Source: Candidatus Omnitrophota bacterium
GTDB lineage: Bacteria; Ratteibacteria; UBA8468; MWAK01
Length of the DNA stretch: 64,000 nt
Reading direction: 5' to 3'
NCBI GenBank assembly: GCA_043826355.1
Contig: JBDRQI010000009.1
Location: 1 to 64,000 of the forward strand
Translations under genes and position numbers: made by a program
The notes under the pieces: generated by a model
Databases searched by the model: none
What the model was told of the DNA's origin: nothing
What the model saw: only the letters and a program-made list of their open reading frames with translations
In this document: piece after piece, positions 1 through 8,909 of the stretch
How the letters are laid out: every line of letters starts with the position of its first letter
Numbering within the stretch: the stretch's first letter is position 1

Positions 1-28
1 AAAAACGAAAGGGGGTGAAACAACTATT

Positions 29-652
29 ATGAAGAACAAAAAAGGTTTTACCTTAATCGAGCTCTTGGTCGTTATTGCCATTATCGCCATCTTAGCGGCG
101 ATGCTACTCCCGGCATTAGCAAGAGCGAGAGAACAGGCAAGACGGGCAAACTGCATCAGCAACCTGAAACAGCTGGGTCTGGCGTGCCACATGTATGCGC
201 AGGACTACAGCGAATCTTTCCCGGATTACAACGGAACGGCAGTGCAGGACATAAATACGCTGTGTGGTTCGTATGCGGCCGCCGCGAAGTTATTTGTTTG
301 CCCCAGTTCCAACGACTCGGTAGCCACGGGTGCGCTTACGGCATCATCAGGGCTGGCTTATACTAACTTCTCCTACGCGTATGCCCTGAACCTTACCGAA
401 CAGACCGCACCGGACAGCTGTCTGCTGGTTGACCAGTCACCCGTCCTCTCTGGGCTCTCAGACGCTAAGAATAGTATCTGGAGTCAGCCTTTGGTGTCCC
501 TTAACAACCACGGCACCGACGGCGTCAACGCGCTCTTTGTTGACGGCCACGTGGAATGGGTAACCGCGGCTAACCTTACCGCGAAAATCCCGAACCAAAA
601 TTACCCCGCCTACACGTCTACCGGCCAGCTCAGAAACGCGGGCAGGACGTAG
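29..652 (+). CDS. Prepilin-type N-terminal cleavage/methylation protein, DUF1559 / H-X9-DG family
   Basis: [28 protein letters not shown]-terminus, [12 protein letters not shown]-terminal [24 protein letters not shown] upstream. Confidence 0.92.
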   Translation: MKNKKGFTLIELLVVIAIIAILAAMLLPALARAREQARRANCISNLKQLGLACHMYAQDYSESFPDYNGTAVQDINTLCGSYAAAAKLFVCPSSNDSVATGALTASSGLAYTNFSYAYALNLTEQTAPDSCLLVDQSPVLSGLSDAKNSIWSQPLVSLNNHGTDGVNALFVDGHVEWVTAANLTAKIPNQNYPAYTSTGQLRNAGRT

Positions 653-698
653 TGGGTAACAGCTGGCTTAACGCGCAACTAAGACTAAGGATTTATAG

Positions 699-744
699 AG
701 AAAGGCGGGTCCTTTCGCAAGAAAGGTTACCCGCCTTTCTTTTT
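699..744 (+). terminator. Rho-independent terminator
   Basis: AGAAAGGCGGGT...ACCCGCCTTTCT stem followed by T-run after the ORF ending at 652. Confidence 0.8.
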
Positions 745-758
745 GTATCCCCTGAACC

Positions 759-788
759 TTGACCTCCCGCCCTCAAACCTTATATAAT
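759..788 (+). promoter_or_regulatory. sigma70-type promoter of the glycan operon
   Basis: TTGACC (759-764), 18 nt, TATAAT (783-788). Confidence 0.6.
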
Positions 789-816
789 ACCCTTGTCCCG
801 CAACAAAAAATATCCT

Positions 817-1581
817 ATGTTTGAACTATTCCATTACGGCGAACTCCTGAAGAACCTGGTCGTCAAGGACCTGAAACTGACCTACAAGAACTCTTTCCTC
901 GGTTTCTTCTGGTCGCTGCTGAACCCGCTTCTTCGGACTTTCATTTTTTACTTTGTCTTTACCAAAATCTTCCGCATCGGCATAGAGCATTATGTTATCT
1001 ATCTTCTCTCCGGCATCCTCGCCTGGATGTTCTTCGCCAACTCCCTAAATTTCGCCACCAGGTCCATCGTTGACAACAGCGCTTTAATCAAAAAAGTTTA
1101 CTTCCCACGGGAAATCTACCCCGTCTCCTCCACGCTGGCCCAATTGATTAACTTCGCCCTGGCCCTGATTATCCTTTTCCTGTGGGTCTTCTTCTCTAAG
1201 ATTGACATGGGTCTGTCTCTCATCTATCTGCCCCTCATAATCGTCCTGCAACTCATCTTTACCATTGGTGTGGGTCTTCTCTTTGCCACCATTTACGTTT
1301 TTGTCCGCGACCTGGGACACCTCCTGGAGCTTATCTTAATGGCCTGGATGTATATGACCCCTATCTTCTACAATGTTGATATGGTTCCAGAAAGGTTCCG
1401 ACAAATATACCTGCTCAACCCGATGGCGGCCCTGCTTTCCTTTTACCGGGATATCATTCTCTATAATCACTGCCCCGGATTGAAACTTTTAGCCGTTACC
1501 TTTCTGACGTCATTGTTTACGTTGATTATCGGTTGGTTAATCTTTAATCACTACTCCAAACGCTTCGCCGAAGAAATATAG
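817..1581 (+). CDS. wzm: ABC-2 polysaccharide exporter permease (Wzm/TagG-like)
   Basis: KDLKLTYKNSFLGFFWSLLNPLL, FPRE, RDLGHL and LLNPMA motifs, multiple TM helices; ATG 817 preferred over TTG 793. Confidence 0.9.
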   Translation: MFELFHYGELLKNLVVKDLKLTYKNSFLGFFWSLLNPLLRTFIFYFVFTKIFRIGIEHYVIYLLSGILAWMFFANSLNFATRSIVDNSALIKKVYFPREIYPVSSTLAQLINFALALIILFLWVFFSKIDMGLSLIYLPLIIVLQLIFTIGVGLLFATIYVFVRDLGHLLELILMAWMYMTPIFYNVDMVPERFRQIYLLNPMAALLSFYRDIILYNHCPGLKLLAVTFLTSLFTLIIGWLIFNHYSKRFAEEI

Positions 1582-1585
1582 TATT

Positions 1586-1712
1586 TGTAGGGGTCGGATT
1601 CATCCGACCCGCGTATTATCGGTAGGACAGGCGTCCCGCCTGTCATGTATTTAGTAGTGCGAGGCTTCAGCCTCGCCAATCTGTGTCATTCTGAGCGTTA
1701 GCGAAGAATCTC
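1586..1712. repeat. Cluster of four short palindromic (REP-like) elements between wzm and wzt
   Basis: GTAGGGGTCGGATTCATCCGACCC; GTAGGACAGGCGTCCCGCCTGTC; GTAGTGCGAGGCTTCAGCCTCGC; TGTCATTCTGAGCGTTAGCGAAGAATCT. Confidence 0.85.
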
Positions 1713-1732
1713 GTATTTAACAAGGAATTCCT

Positions 1733-2458
1733 ATGACCGTCGTTGAAGTCCAGAACCTGTCCAAAAAATTCCGCCTCTACCACGAGCGGACCCATTCCTT
1801 AAAGGAACGGCTCCTGCGCACCGGCCGGAACGTTTATGAAGAGTTCTGGGCGCTGAAGGACGTCAGTTTCGGAGTGAACAAGGGCGAATCGCTGGGGGTC
1901 ATCGGCGCCAACGGTTCCGGGAAGAGCACCCTCCTTAAGATAATCTCAAAGATTTACTATGCCACCGAAGGCTCCGTGAAGACAAACGGCAAGGTGGTGG
2001 CCCTCCTGGAATTGGGCTCCGGTTTCCAGCCTGACCTTACCGGCCGGGAAAATATCTACCTCAACGGCTCCATCCTCCAATTAACTAAAGAACAGCTTAA
2101 CCGGAAGTTTGACGAAATCGTGCAATTTTCCGAACTGGAGAAGTTTATTGATATACCCCTGCGCAACTATTCTTCCGGAATGCAGGTGCGGCTTGGTTTT
2201 TCGGTGGCGATTAATGTCAACGCCGACATCCTGCTGATTGACGAAGTCCTGGCAATCGGCGACGAGTCCTTCCAGCGCAAGAGCGGCAACAAGATTTTTG
2301 AATTCCTGAAAGACGGAAAGACGGTTATCTTTGTTTCCCACAACCTTGAAGCGGTAAAGAAACTCTGTACCCGCGCCATCTGGCTGAATAAAGGAAAGAT
2401 AGCAATTGAGGGCAACACTGAAGAAGTGGTGAATGCCTATCTGGCAACAGTAAAATAG
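1733..2458 (+). CDS. wzt: ABC polysaccharide exporter ATP-binding subunit (Wzt/TagH-like), no C-terminal carbohydrate-binding domain
   Basis: Walker A GANGSGKST, YSSGMQVRLGF signature, LIDEVLAIGD; only 241 aa. Confidence 0.92.
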   Translation: MTVVEVQNLSKKFRLYHERTHSLKERLLRTGRNVYEEFWALKDVSFGVNKGESLGVIGANGSGKSTLLKIISKIYYATEGSVKTNGKVVALLELGSGFQPDLTGRENIYLNGSILQLTKEQLNRKFDEIVQFSELEKFIDIPLRNYSSGMQVRLGFSVAINVNADILLIDEVLAIGDESFQRKSGNKIFEFLKDGKTVIFVSHNLEAVKKLCTRAIWLNKGKIAIEGNTEEVVNAYLATVK

Positions 2459-2511
2459 TTACCGGATACAACGGAAATTAAGTAAAAATACAGCTAAACT
2501 TTACGGATAGT

Positions 2512-3621
2512 ATGCTAAACAGAAAAAAAGAAATTGCTCTAGAAAGAATACATTCCATTCTTCTTGTCCGCACCCATATTGTTTCTGTTCAGGATGCAAT
2601 CAAGATCGTTGTTAATTTAAAAAAACATTTTCCTTGTGCCAAAATTGTCTTTGCTGGAAATGCTAAAAACCTAATAGCTGCTGAAATTTCTTCCCTGCGT
2701 AATTCTTTTTATATTGATGATCTTTTAATATATAACGACGATAAAACTGGGAAGGTTCAATATATACAACAGATAAGGGGGGCAAAATTTAACATGGTTG
2801 TAATTCCTTTTATTCCCCAGCCCCGCGGTTTTTACCGAAAGACAAAAATACTTGCTTTGGTAAGTGGAACTCGGAACATTCTTTTGTATGACATGGGTAC
2901 AGATAAACTATTTAAAATGGAAAATGTTAAAAACATGATTAAAAATGTAACAATAAATCTGTTCTCACAAATATTAAGAAGGAATCAGATAGGAAAAAAG
3001 GCCTTTAAAAATTCGATAGTCATGTTGTTGAGATTTTCAAAAAACGAATGGCATGATTTCCGCACTCTTTTCATCAGGGAAAAGAACTTAAAGAATTTAT
3101 ATAATGTATATTGGAAAAATTATTTCTCCTTTTCTTCTAGTTTCGAAGAACATTGTAGGGTAGATTGGTGTTTAGATTCGGGCTTATCTTTTAATTCAGC
3201 ATTAGAAATAGGAGTTGGAAATGGAGACGGACTTATTAAATTACTTAAAGCGGGTAAAAAAGCCCGAGGCATAGAATATTCTCATTACTTATTTGAAAAT
3301 TTATTAAAGTATAAATTTCCCAATGGAGAAGTTTTAGAAGGAGACATAGCCAATTTACCATTTCGAGATAACAGCTTTGATATGGTATGTTCTTTTGATG
3401 TTTTAGAACACCTGCCAAAACGTAAAGTTGAGTTGGCAATAAAAGAAATTTATAGAGTTACTAATAAATATTTTTATGGTAGCATATCGGAAAAAATAGA
3501 TTTCAACAAAAAGTTTCATTTAACAGTTAAACCATATAAATGGTGGCGTAATAAATTCTTAGCCGTTGGATTTAAAGATGTTGAAACCGACAGAATGGGA
3601 TTGCACGCTTACGAAAAGTAG
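2512..3621 (+). CDS. Two-domain protein: GT9-like N-terminal half-domain plus class I SAM methyltransferase
   Basis: ALEIGVGNG, GDIANLPFRDNSFDMVCSFDVLEHL; N-terminus resembles the heptosyltransferase first domain. Confidence 0.65.
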   Translation: MLNRKKEIALERIHSILLVRTHIVSVQDAIKIVVNLKKHFPCAKIVFAGNAKNLIAAEISSLRNSFYIDDLLIYNDDKTGKVQYIQQIRGAKFNMVVIPFIPQPRGFYRKTKILALVSGTRNILLYDMGTDKLFKMENVKNMIKNVTINLFSQILRRNQIGKKAFKNSIVMLLRFSKNEWHDFRTLFIREKNLKNLYNVYWKNYFSFSSSFEEHCRVDWCLDSGLSFNSALEIGVGNGDGLIKLLKAGKKARGIEYSHYLFENLLKYKFPNGEVLEGDIANLPFRDNSFDMVCSFDVLEHLPKRKVELAIKEIYRVTNKYFYGSISEKIDFNKKFHLTVKPYKWWRNKFLAVGFKDVETDRMGLHAYEK

Positions 3622-3657
3622 TACTTAATAGATCTTAGTTGTATAAAAATAATTGCG

Positions 3658-5193
3658 ATGAATATTCTATTTTATATTGAACCGATGATAGAAAGGGAAA
3701 AGCCTTTCCTTAAGATAGCTTGGTGGGTTTTTTCTTATAAATTAATGAAGGCTCTGAAAAAGGACATTTCAGCAGATTATAACTTCTGTGTTATAGCGAA
3801 TGAGCCAACTATTTCAAAAATTCCGCCAGAAAACGAACCCCAGAAATACAATATTATTCCTGTGACTCAAGAAGAATTGTTATCGCCTTTTAATTTAGAC
3901 TATTTTACAGCTAGTATGGCCTGGTATAATGAAATTTATACCCAGAGCCAAATAGAACAAACTGCATCTTTAATGAAGCGTAAATTAGGAAATTTTGTAC
4001 CGCAAATTATCATTACTTTTTCCCCTGTCCCTTTTTTAAAAAGGCTCTTCCCCGAATCCTTAATATTTTTTATGGAATACGGTATTTTTTCTAGGCGGCC
4101 CTATCCCGAAACTTTTTATCTTGACCCACTGGGAAACTTTAAGAATTCTTTCATCATGAAGTATAAGGAGCAAATTGGAAATCAAACCATATCGAAGGAG
4201 CAAAGGCAATTTATTCAAAGGGTCAAAGCAAAATATATACCATTTCTTGCATCAAGAGACCCATTTACAAATTTGGCAAAAGAAAAATTGAAAGGATTTA
4301 AAAAATCTCTTCTTGTACCTCTTGAATCCTCGAGATTTTATGGTTTTGACGGCAACTGCCAATTCACCTCTCAGTTTCAGTATGTATTATATGTTTTAAG
4401 CCGTATTCCACGCGACATCGGCGTTATTTTCACAGCGCACCCTGAATGGCCAATTTTAAATCGCGAGGTCGTTTCATATCTAACCGCAACCTATCAAAAT
4501 TTTATCTATGATGAAATTTTTGAACACTATTATTCCCCTTCCCAGTATTTAATAAGACATGTAGATGGTGTTGTTACCGTATCATCGTCTGTAGGTCTTC
4601 AAACCCTCCTATTCGAGAAAAAACTTATAGTTTTGGGTCAGTCGCATTTAAACGTGATGTCCGACGCTTATTCGTTGGATAATATAGAGGATGTCCTGAA
4701 TAGCCCAGGCGGAGACAAAACGCACATCTTTTATTGGCTGCTAAATCATTATTATATTCTTGATAAATATATTTTTTCGCCGGTTTGGCTTGGAGGTTTT
4801 CTGCATAAATCTTTAAAAAAGACAAAAAACGGAATCGGGTTTGACTTTTTCGATCCCATTCATAACGATGAGAAAAAATATTTTGATGATTTAACCACTG
4901 CGTGCCAGGAAGATATTCCCCACATAAATTGGACATTTACCCTTGATCGGACTATGGATATGCTTAGACAAAAAGAACAAGAGGTCCAGCAGAAGGAACA
5001 GGCGATTCAGCAGAAAGAACAAGTAATTCAGCAGAAAGAACAGGTAATTCAGCAGAAAGAACAGGTAATTCAACAATTGCTTTCTTCGCCGTCCTGGAAG
5101 ATAACCGCGCCTTTGCGGTGGCTAAAGCATAAAATCATTCTTATAGGAATCAGGACGAAACAGGGGGCAACTTGGGGAAAAGACGGAAGTTAA
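3658..5193 (+). CDS. GT99/KpsS-like (CMP-Kdo-type) glycosyltransferase with C-terminal coiled coil
   Basis: MEYG..YPETFYLDPLG, AHP, VTVSSSVGLQTLLFEKKLIVLG resemble the WbbB GT99 module as recalled; QQKEQVI heptads then SSPSWKITAPLR. Confidence 0.6.
   Translation: MNILFYIEPMIEREKPFLKIAWWVFSYKLMKALKKDISADYNFCVIANEPTISKIPPENEPQKYNIIPVTQEELLSPFNLDYFTASMAWYNEIYTQSQIEQTASLMKRKLGNFVPQIIITFSPVPFLKRLFPESLIFFMEYGIFSRRPYPETFYLDPLGNFKNSFIMKYKEQIGNQTISKEQRQFIQRVKAKYIPFLASRDPFTNLAKEKLKGFKKSLLVPLESSRFYGFDGNCQFTSQFQYVLYVLSRIPRDIGVIFTAHPEWPILNREVVSYLTATYQNFIYDEIFEHYYSPSQYLIRHVDGVVTVSSSVGLQTLLFEKKLIVLGQSHLNVMSDAYSLDNIEDVLNSPGGDKTHIFYWLLNHYYILDKYIFSPVWLGGFLHKSLKKTKNGIGFDFFDPIHNDEKKYFDDLTTACQEDIPHINWTFTLDRTMDMLRQKEQEVQQKEQAIQQKEQVIQQKEQVIQQKEQVIQQLLSSPSWKITAPLRWLKHKIILIGIRTKQGATWGKDGS
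4966..5076 (+). repeat. 21-bp in-frame tandem repeat, about 5 units
   Basis: CAGCAGAA(A/G)GAACA(G/A)G(T/C)(A/G)ATT units at 4987, 5008, 5029, 5050 plus a degenerate unit at 4966. Confidence 0.95.
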
Positions 5194-5732
5194 GGTCGAA
5201 AGAAATAAAATCTATTCTTTTAATCAGAGCTCATGCTATTTTCATAGAAGATATATTAAAAGAAATTAAGATGTTTAAAGAACAATTTCCATTTGCTGAA
5301 ATTACATTTACTGCGAACAAAGAAAACCTGACATATGGTGAGGTTTCCGCTTTAAAATCTTCCCCTGAAATTTCTGAAGTAATAGTATATGATAAAAGAA
5401 AAATCTCTTTATTCAGATATATCCATCTCTTACAAAAAAAAAGGTTTGATATTTCCTTGGTTCTCTCTTCTTCTGATGCACCACAAACCATTAAAACAAC
5501 GCTGGTTTCCTTAATGAGCAAAGCAAAATGGAAAGCATTTTATGACATAGACAGAAACAAAATGAAAGAGGGATTGTTGCTTCCTTTAGCAAAAAACAAG
5601 TTCCGAAAAATAATTATGTTGATGTTTATGTTGATAATTATGAGCTTAATCACTTTACTTTTGCCCATCATTTTTTTGGGCGTTTATGTTTTTATATTTC
5701 CTTTTTTACGCAAGTGTAGAAAACATGTTTGA
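5172..5732 (+). CDS. Hypothetical protein: GT9-like half-domain with C-terminal membrane anchor
   Basis: N-terminus similar to ORF 2512 (IKSILLIRAH vs IHSILLVRTH; KEQFPFAEITFTANKENL vs KKHFPCAKIVFAGNAKNL); hydrophobic C-terminus. Confidence 0.55.
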   Translation: MGKRRKLRSKEIKSILLIRAHAIFIEDILKEIKMFKEQFPFAEITFTANKENLTYGEVSALKSSPEISEVIVYDKRKISLFRYIHLLQKKRFDISLVLSSSDAPQTIKTTLVSLMSKAKWKAFYDIDRNKMKEGLLLPLAKNKFRKIIMLMFMLIIMSLITLLLPIIFLGVYVFIFPFLRKCRKHV

Positions 5733-6690
5733 TAACTTAGATTGGGAGAAAAGAGAAAAAACTGATGTTTCGGTAGTCATAATTGCCCGCAATTGCGAGG
5801 ATTATTTATTAAAATCATTACCAATTATACCTAATCAAAAAACAAGTTTTTCTTGTGAAATTATAGGAATTTGCACTAAATCTCAAGACCGCACCTTAGA
5901 AGTATTTAATCGCTATTGTACTAAAACCATTGAGATTTCAAGCAAGGAATTTCATCATGCTAAAACAAGAAATTTGGGGGTGAGAACAAGTAAAGGCGAA
6001 TTTATTGTTTTTCTTACGGGAGATGCCATTCCTGCGAATGAACATTGGTTGCAGAATTTAGTCGCACCATTAATAAAAGATGAAGAAATAGCAGCCGCGT
6101 ATAGCAAGCAAATTCCTTACCCAGATACTCCTCCTTGGGAAAAACGAGATATTTTAGGCGGCGTTAATGCTGGTTTATCTTACAAGAAAAGAAAAGTTGA
6201 TTTTTCAAATTTAGAGCAAGTTAAGGATTATAAAAATAACATCGGAAGGTATATTATGTTTTCAAACGTCAGCGCTGTATATCGGGGCGCCCTCATCAGA
6301 AAACATCCTTTTAATGAAAGTATACCAGCAGTAGAGGACCAGGAATGGTGTAAAAGAATAATAGAGTTAGGTTACGCTACTCTTTTTGTTCCTAACTCAG
6401 TAGTTATTCACTCGCATAATCATTCTCTTAATCAGGTTTATTTTTGTCATTATAGATATGGGAAGGCTTTTGCAAAATTTCTCAACTGTAGTACAATGTT
6501 AGACAGCCAGAACATTTGGAAAATATTTAAAATGTGGACGTATGAAATAACAGAAGACTTACGTTTTGTATGGGGGGGGAACACTTCTTGTATAAAAAAG
6601 ATATTCTGGGCTTTTGCATCTCCTTTTTATAGAATTGTTAAAATATTAGCATATAGAGAAGGATTGACGGAATACAGGGAGAATAAATGA
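5725..6690 (+). CDS. GT2 glycosyltransferase (rhamnosyltransferase-like)
   Basis: VSVVII, FHHAKTRNLG, FSNVSA, EDQEW, HSHN; start re-assigned to ATG 5725. Confidence 0.85.
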   Translation: MFDNLDWEKREKTDVSVVIIARNCEDYLLKSLPIIPNQKTSFSCEIIGICTKSQDRTLEVFNRYCTKTIEISSKEFHHAKTRNLGVRTSKGEFIVFLTGDAIPANEHWLQNLVAPLIKDEEIAAAYSKQIPYPDTPPWEKRDILGGVNAGLSYKKRKVDFSNLEQVKDYKNNIGRYIMFSNVSAVYRGALIRKHPFNESIPAVEDQEWCKRIIELGYATLFVPNSVVIHSHNHSLNQVYFCHYRYGKAFAKFLNCSTMLDSQNIWKIFKMWTYEITEDLRFVWGGNTSCIKKIFWAFASPFYRIVKILAYREGLTEYRENK

Positions 6691-7562
6691 TTCTTTCGGT
6701 AATTATTCGCTGTAAAGATGAACAGAAATTTATTGGTTCCGTTTTAGAAAAAGTTTTCCAACAAGATTTTGGCCATCCCTTTGAAGTTATAATAATAGAT
6801 TCGGGCAGTAAAGACAGAACACTAGAAATAGTGAAAGAATATCCAATACGATGTTACAAAATTCAACCTCAGAGTTTTACTTTTGGATATGCACTTAATT
6901 ATGGCGCTCGGAAAGCACAAGGGGAACACTTAGTGTTCTTATCTGCTCACTGTATTCCAACAGATAAAGAATGGTTATCTAATTTAATTAAATCCTTGCA
7001 AGAAAACGAAGAAATAGCAGCTACTTTTGGAAGACAGGAACCGATAAGGGAATTAAACCCATTTGAAGAAATTGGACTATTTTACGACTTTCCAACCAGT
7101 CCTTTCCTACACCCTAAACCAATTTTTTCTAATGCAAATTGTGCTATCAGGAAAATAGTGTGGGAAAAACATCCTTTTGATGAAATTATTCCTTTCGCGG
7201 AAGATAAACTATGGGCGGAAAATTTACCTCCTCATTTCAAAATTAAGTATGTATTTGAAGCCAGTGTTTACCATTCTCATTCTCTATATCTCAAATATTG
7301 GGCAAAACGTTTTTTTTGTGACGGTTGTGCGGAAAAATATATATCCCGATTTTGGAAATCTCAAAAAAAAGAGCAGAAAAACGCTACATCTTCTTTATGT
7401 GAAGAATTATGGGTGAATCTAAACTACTTGTTAAACCACCATTATTACAAGCATATTTTTTATCTTCCAGTCTTTATTATTTTAAAAAAAATATCTTACC
7501 AAGCTGGTTTTAATTTAAAGATTTCGGAAAAGATGGTGGCGCCAAAAGTGATAAAATGGTGA
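6687..7562 (+). CDS. GT2 glycosyltransferase (rhamnosyltransferase-like)
   Basis: LSVIIRCKDE, IIIDSGSKDRT, FSNANCAIR, AEDKLWA, VYHSH. Confidence 0.88.
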   Translation: MILSVIIRCKDEQKFIGSVLEKVFQQDFGHPFEVIIIDSGSKDRTLEIVKEYPIRCYKIQPQSFTFGYALNYGARKAQGEHLVFLSAHCIPTDKEWLSNLIKSLQENEEIAATFGRQEPIRELNPFEEIGLFYDFPTSPFLHPKPIFSNANCAIRKIVWEKHPFDEIIPFAEDKLWAENLPPHFKIKYVFEASVYHSHSLYLKYWAKRFFCDGCAEKYISRFWKSQKKEQKNATSSLCEELWVNLNYLLNHHYYKHIFYLPVFIILKKISYQAGFNLKISEKMVAPKVIKW

Positions 7563-7566
7563 ATAT

Positions 7567-8445
7567 ATGAAGATTATTCTGATCGGCGCCGGCGGACAGC
7601 TGGGAAGTGATTTAATGAAAGTCCTGGCGGAAGAAGAGTTGATTCCATTAAGACATCTGGACGCAGATATCACCGATTTTGAGCGGTTGAAGGAGTTGGT
7701 TTGCCGGCACAAACCAGATGTAGTGATTGACACCGCTGCCTATCACAAGGTAGACGAATGCGAGCGGAATCCCCAGAAAACTTTTGAAGTAAATGCGCTT
7801 GGGACGAGAAACGTTGCTTTGGCGTGCAAGGAAACCGGCAGCCGGATGGTTTTTATCAGCACGGATTATGTCTTCAACGGTCGGAAGGGGGCGCCGTACG
7901 TGGAAACGGATATTCCCGACCCGATAAATGTTTACGGAATTTCCAAATTGGCCGGAGAGTGTTTTGTAAGGAATTTGTTGGATGAATACTTCATTGTTCG
8001 GACATCCGGCCTCTTTGGAGTTGCCGGTAGCAGTGGCAAGGGCGGCAACTTCATCGAAACGATGCTGAGATTGGCTGGCGCCAACAAGGAAATTAAAGTT
8101 GTGGGTGACCAGATAATGTCACCCACTTACACCTTAGAATTGGCCAAAAAAATCTGCGAATTAATAAAGACCGAAGAGTTTGGTCTCTATCATATAACCA
8201 ATAACGGAGAATGTTCCTGGTATGATTTCGCGGGAAAAATATTCGAGTTGTCAGGAGTAGAGACGAACCTCAAAAGAACAACTACCAAAGAATTCGGGGC
8301 TCCGGCGTCAAGGCCGCCATACTCTGTTCTCGGGAACGGAAATTTGCAAAGACTCGGTCTGGACGACATGAAAGCCTGGGATGAGGCGTTAAAGGCTTAC
8401 CTGCAGGAAAGAAAACGAAGACACGTAACAAAAATACAGAAATAG
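7567..8445 (+). CDS. rfbD: dTDP-4-dehydrorhamnose reductase
   Basis: GAGGQLG, ISTDYVFNG, YGISKLAGE, RPPYSVL. Confidence 0.93.
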   Translation: MKIILIGAGGQLGSDLMKVLAEEELIPLRHLDADITDFERLKELVCRHKPDVVIDTAAYHKVDECERNPQKTFEVNALGTRNVALACKETGSRMVFISTDYVFNGRKGAPYVETDIPDPINVYGISKLAGECFVRNLLDEYFIVRTSGLFGVAGSSGKGGNFIETMLRLAGANKEIKVVGDQIMSPTYTLELAKKICELIKTEEFGLYHITNNGECSWYDFAGKIFELSGVETNLKRTTTKEFGAPASRPPYSVLGNGNLQRLGLDDMKAWDEALKAYLQERKRRHVTKIQK

Positions 8446-8459
8446 CCGGGGAGGACAAG

Positions 8460-8909
8460 ATGATTGAAGGGGTAAAGGTGATGGAATTGACCGCCCGCAT
8501 GGATGACCGGGGTTATTTAATCGAAATTCTGCGCGCGACGGATGGGTTTTTCACAAAATTCGGCCAGGTCTACATTGTCGGTGATATGGCCAGGGGCACG
8601 GTGAGGGCTTTTCACAAACATAATGTATTATGGGATTTCTTTTTTATCAGCCACGGTTCCGCCAAATTTAACCTGTATGACGACCGGCCCGACAGCCGGA
8701 CACATAAAGAGTTGACAACTGTGAGTGTCGGAGATAGGAACCCGTCTCTTGTTGTTGTCCCGCCGGGTGTTTTTCACGGCTGGATGGCGCTGGAAGACGA
8801 TACGCAACTTATCAGCATCGCCAGCGAAGTCTATAACCGGGAAAACCCCGACGAAGTCAGGGTTCCCCCGGATTCCTTTGGGTGCGTCTGGGAGGTAAAG
8901 GGAAAATGA
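8460..8909 (+). CDS. dTDP-4-dehydrorhamnose 3,5-epimerase-like cupin
   Basis: DDRGYL, RAFHKH, DDRPDS, VPPGVFHG (RmlC-like). Confidence 0.8.
   Translation: MIEGVKVMELTARMDDRGYLIEILRATDGFFTKFGQVYIVGDMARGTVRAFHKHNVLWDFFFISHGSAKFNLYDDRPDSRTHKELTTVSVGDRNPSLVVVPPGVFHGWMALEDDTQLISIASEVYNRENPDEVRVPPDSFGCVWEVKGK

Noticed and set aside
4966..5076. Tandem repeat as a CRISPR array
   Set aside because: No spacers; 21-bp in-frame heptad repeat inside a CDS; no cas genes.
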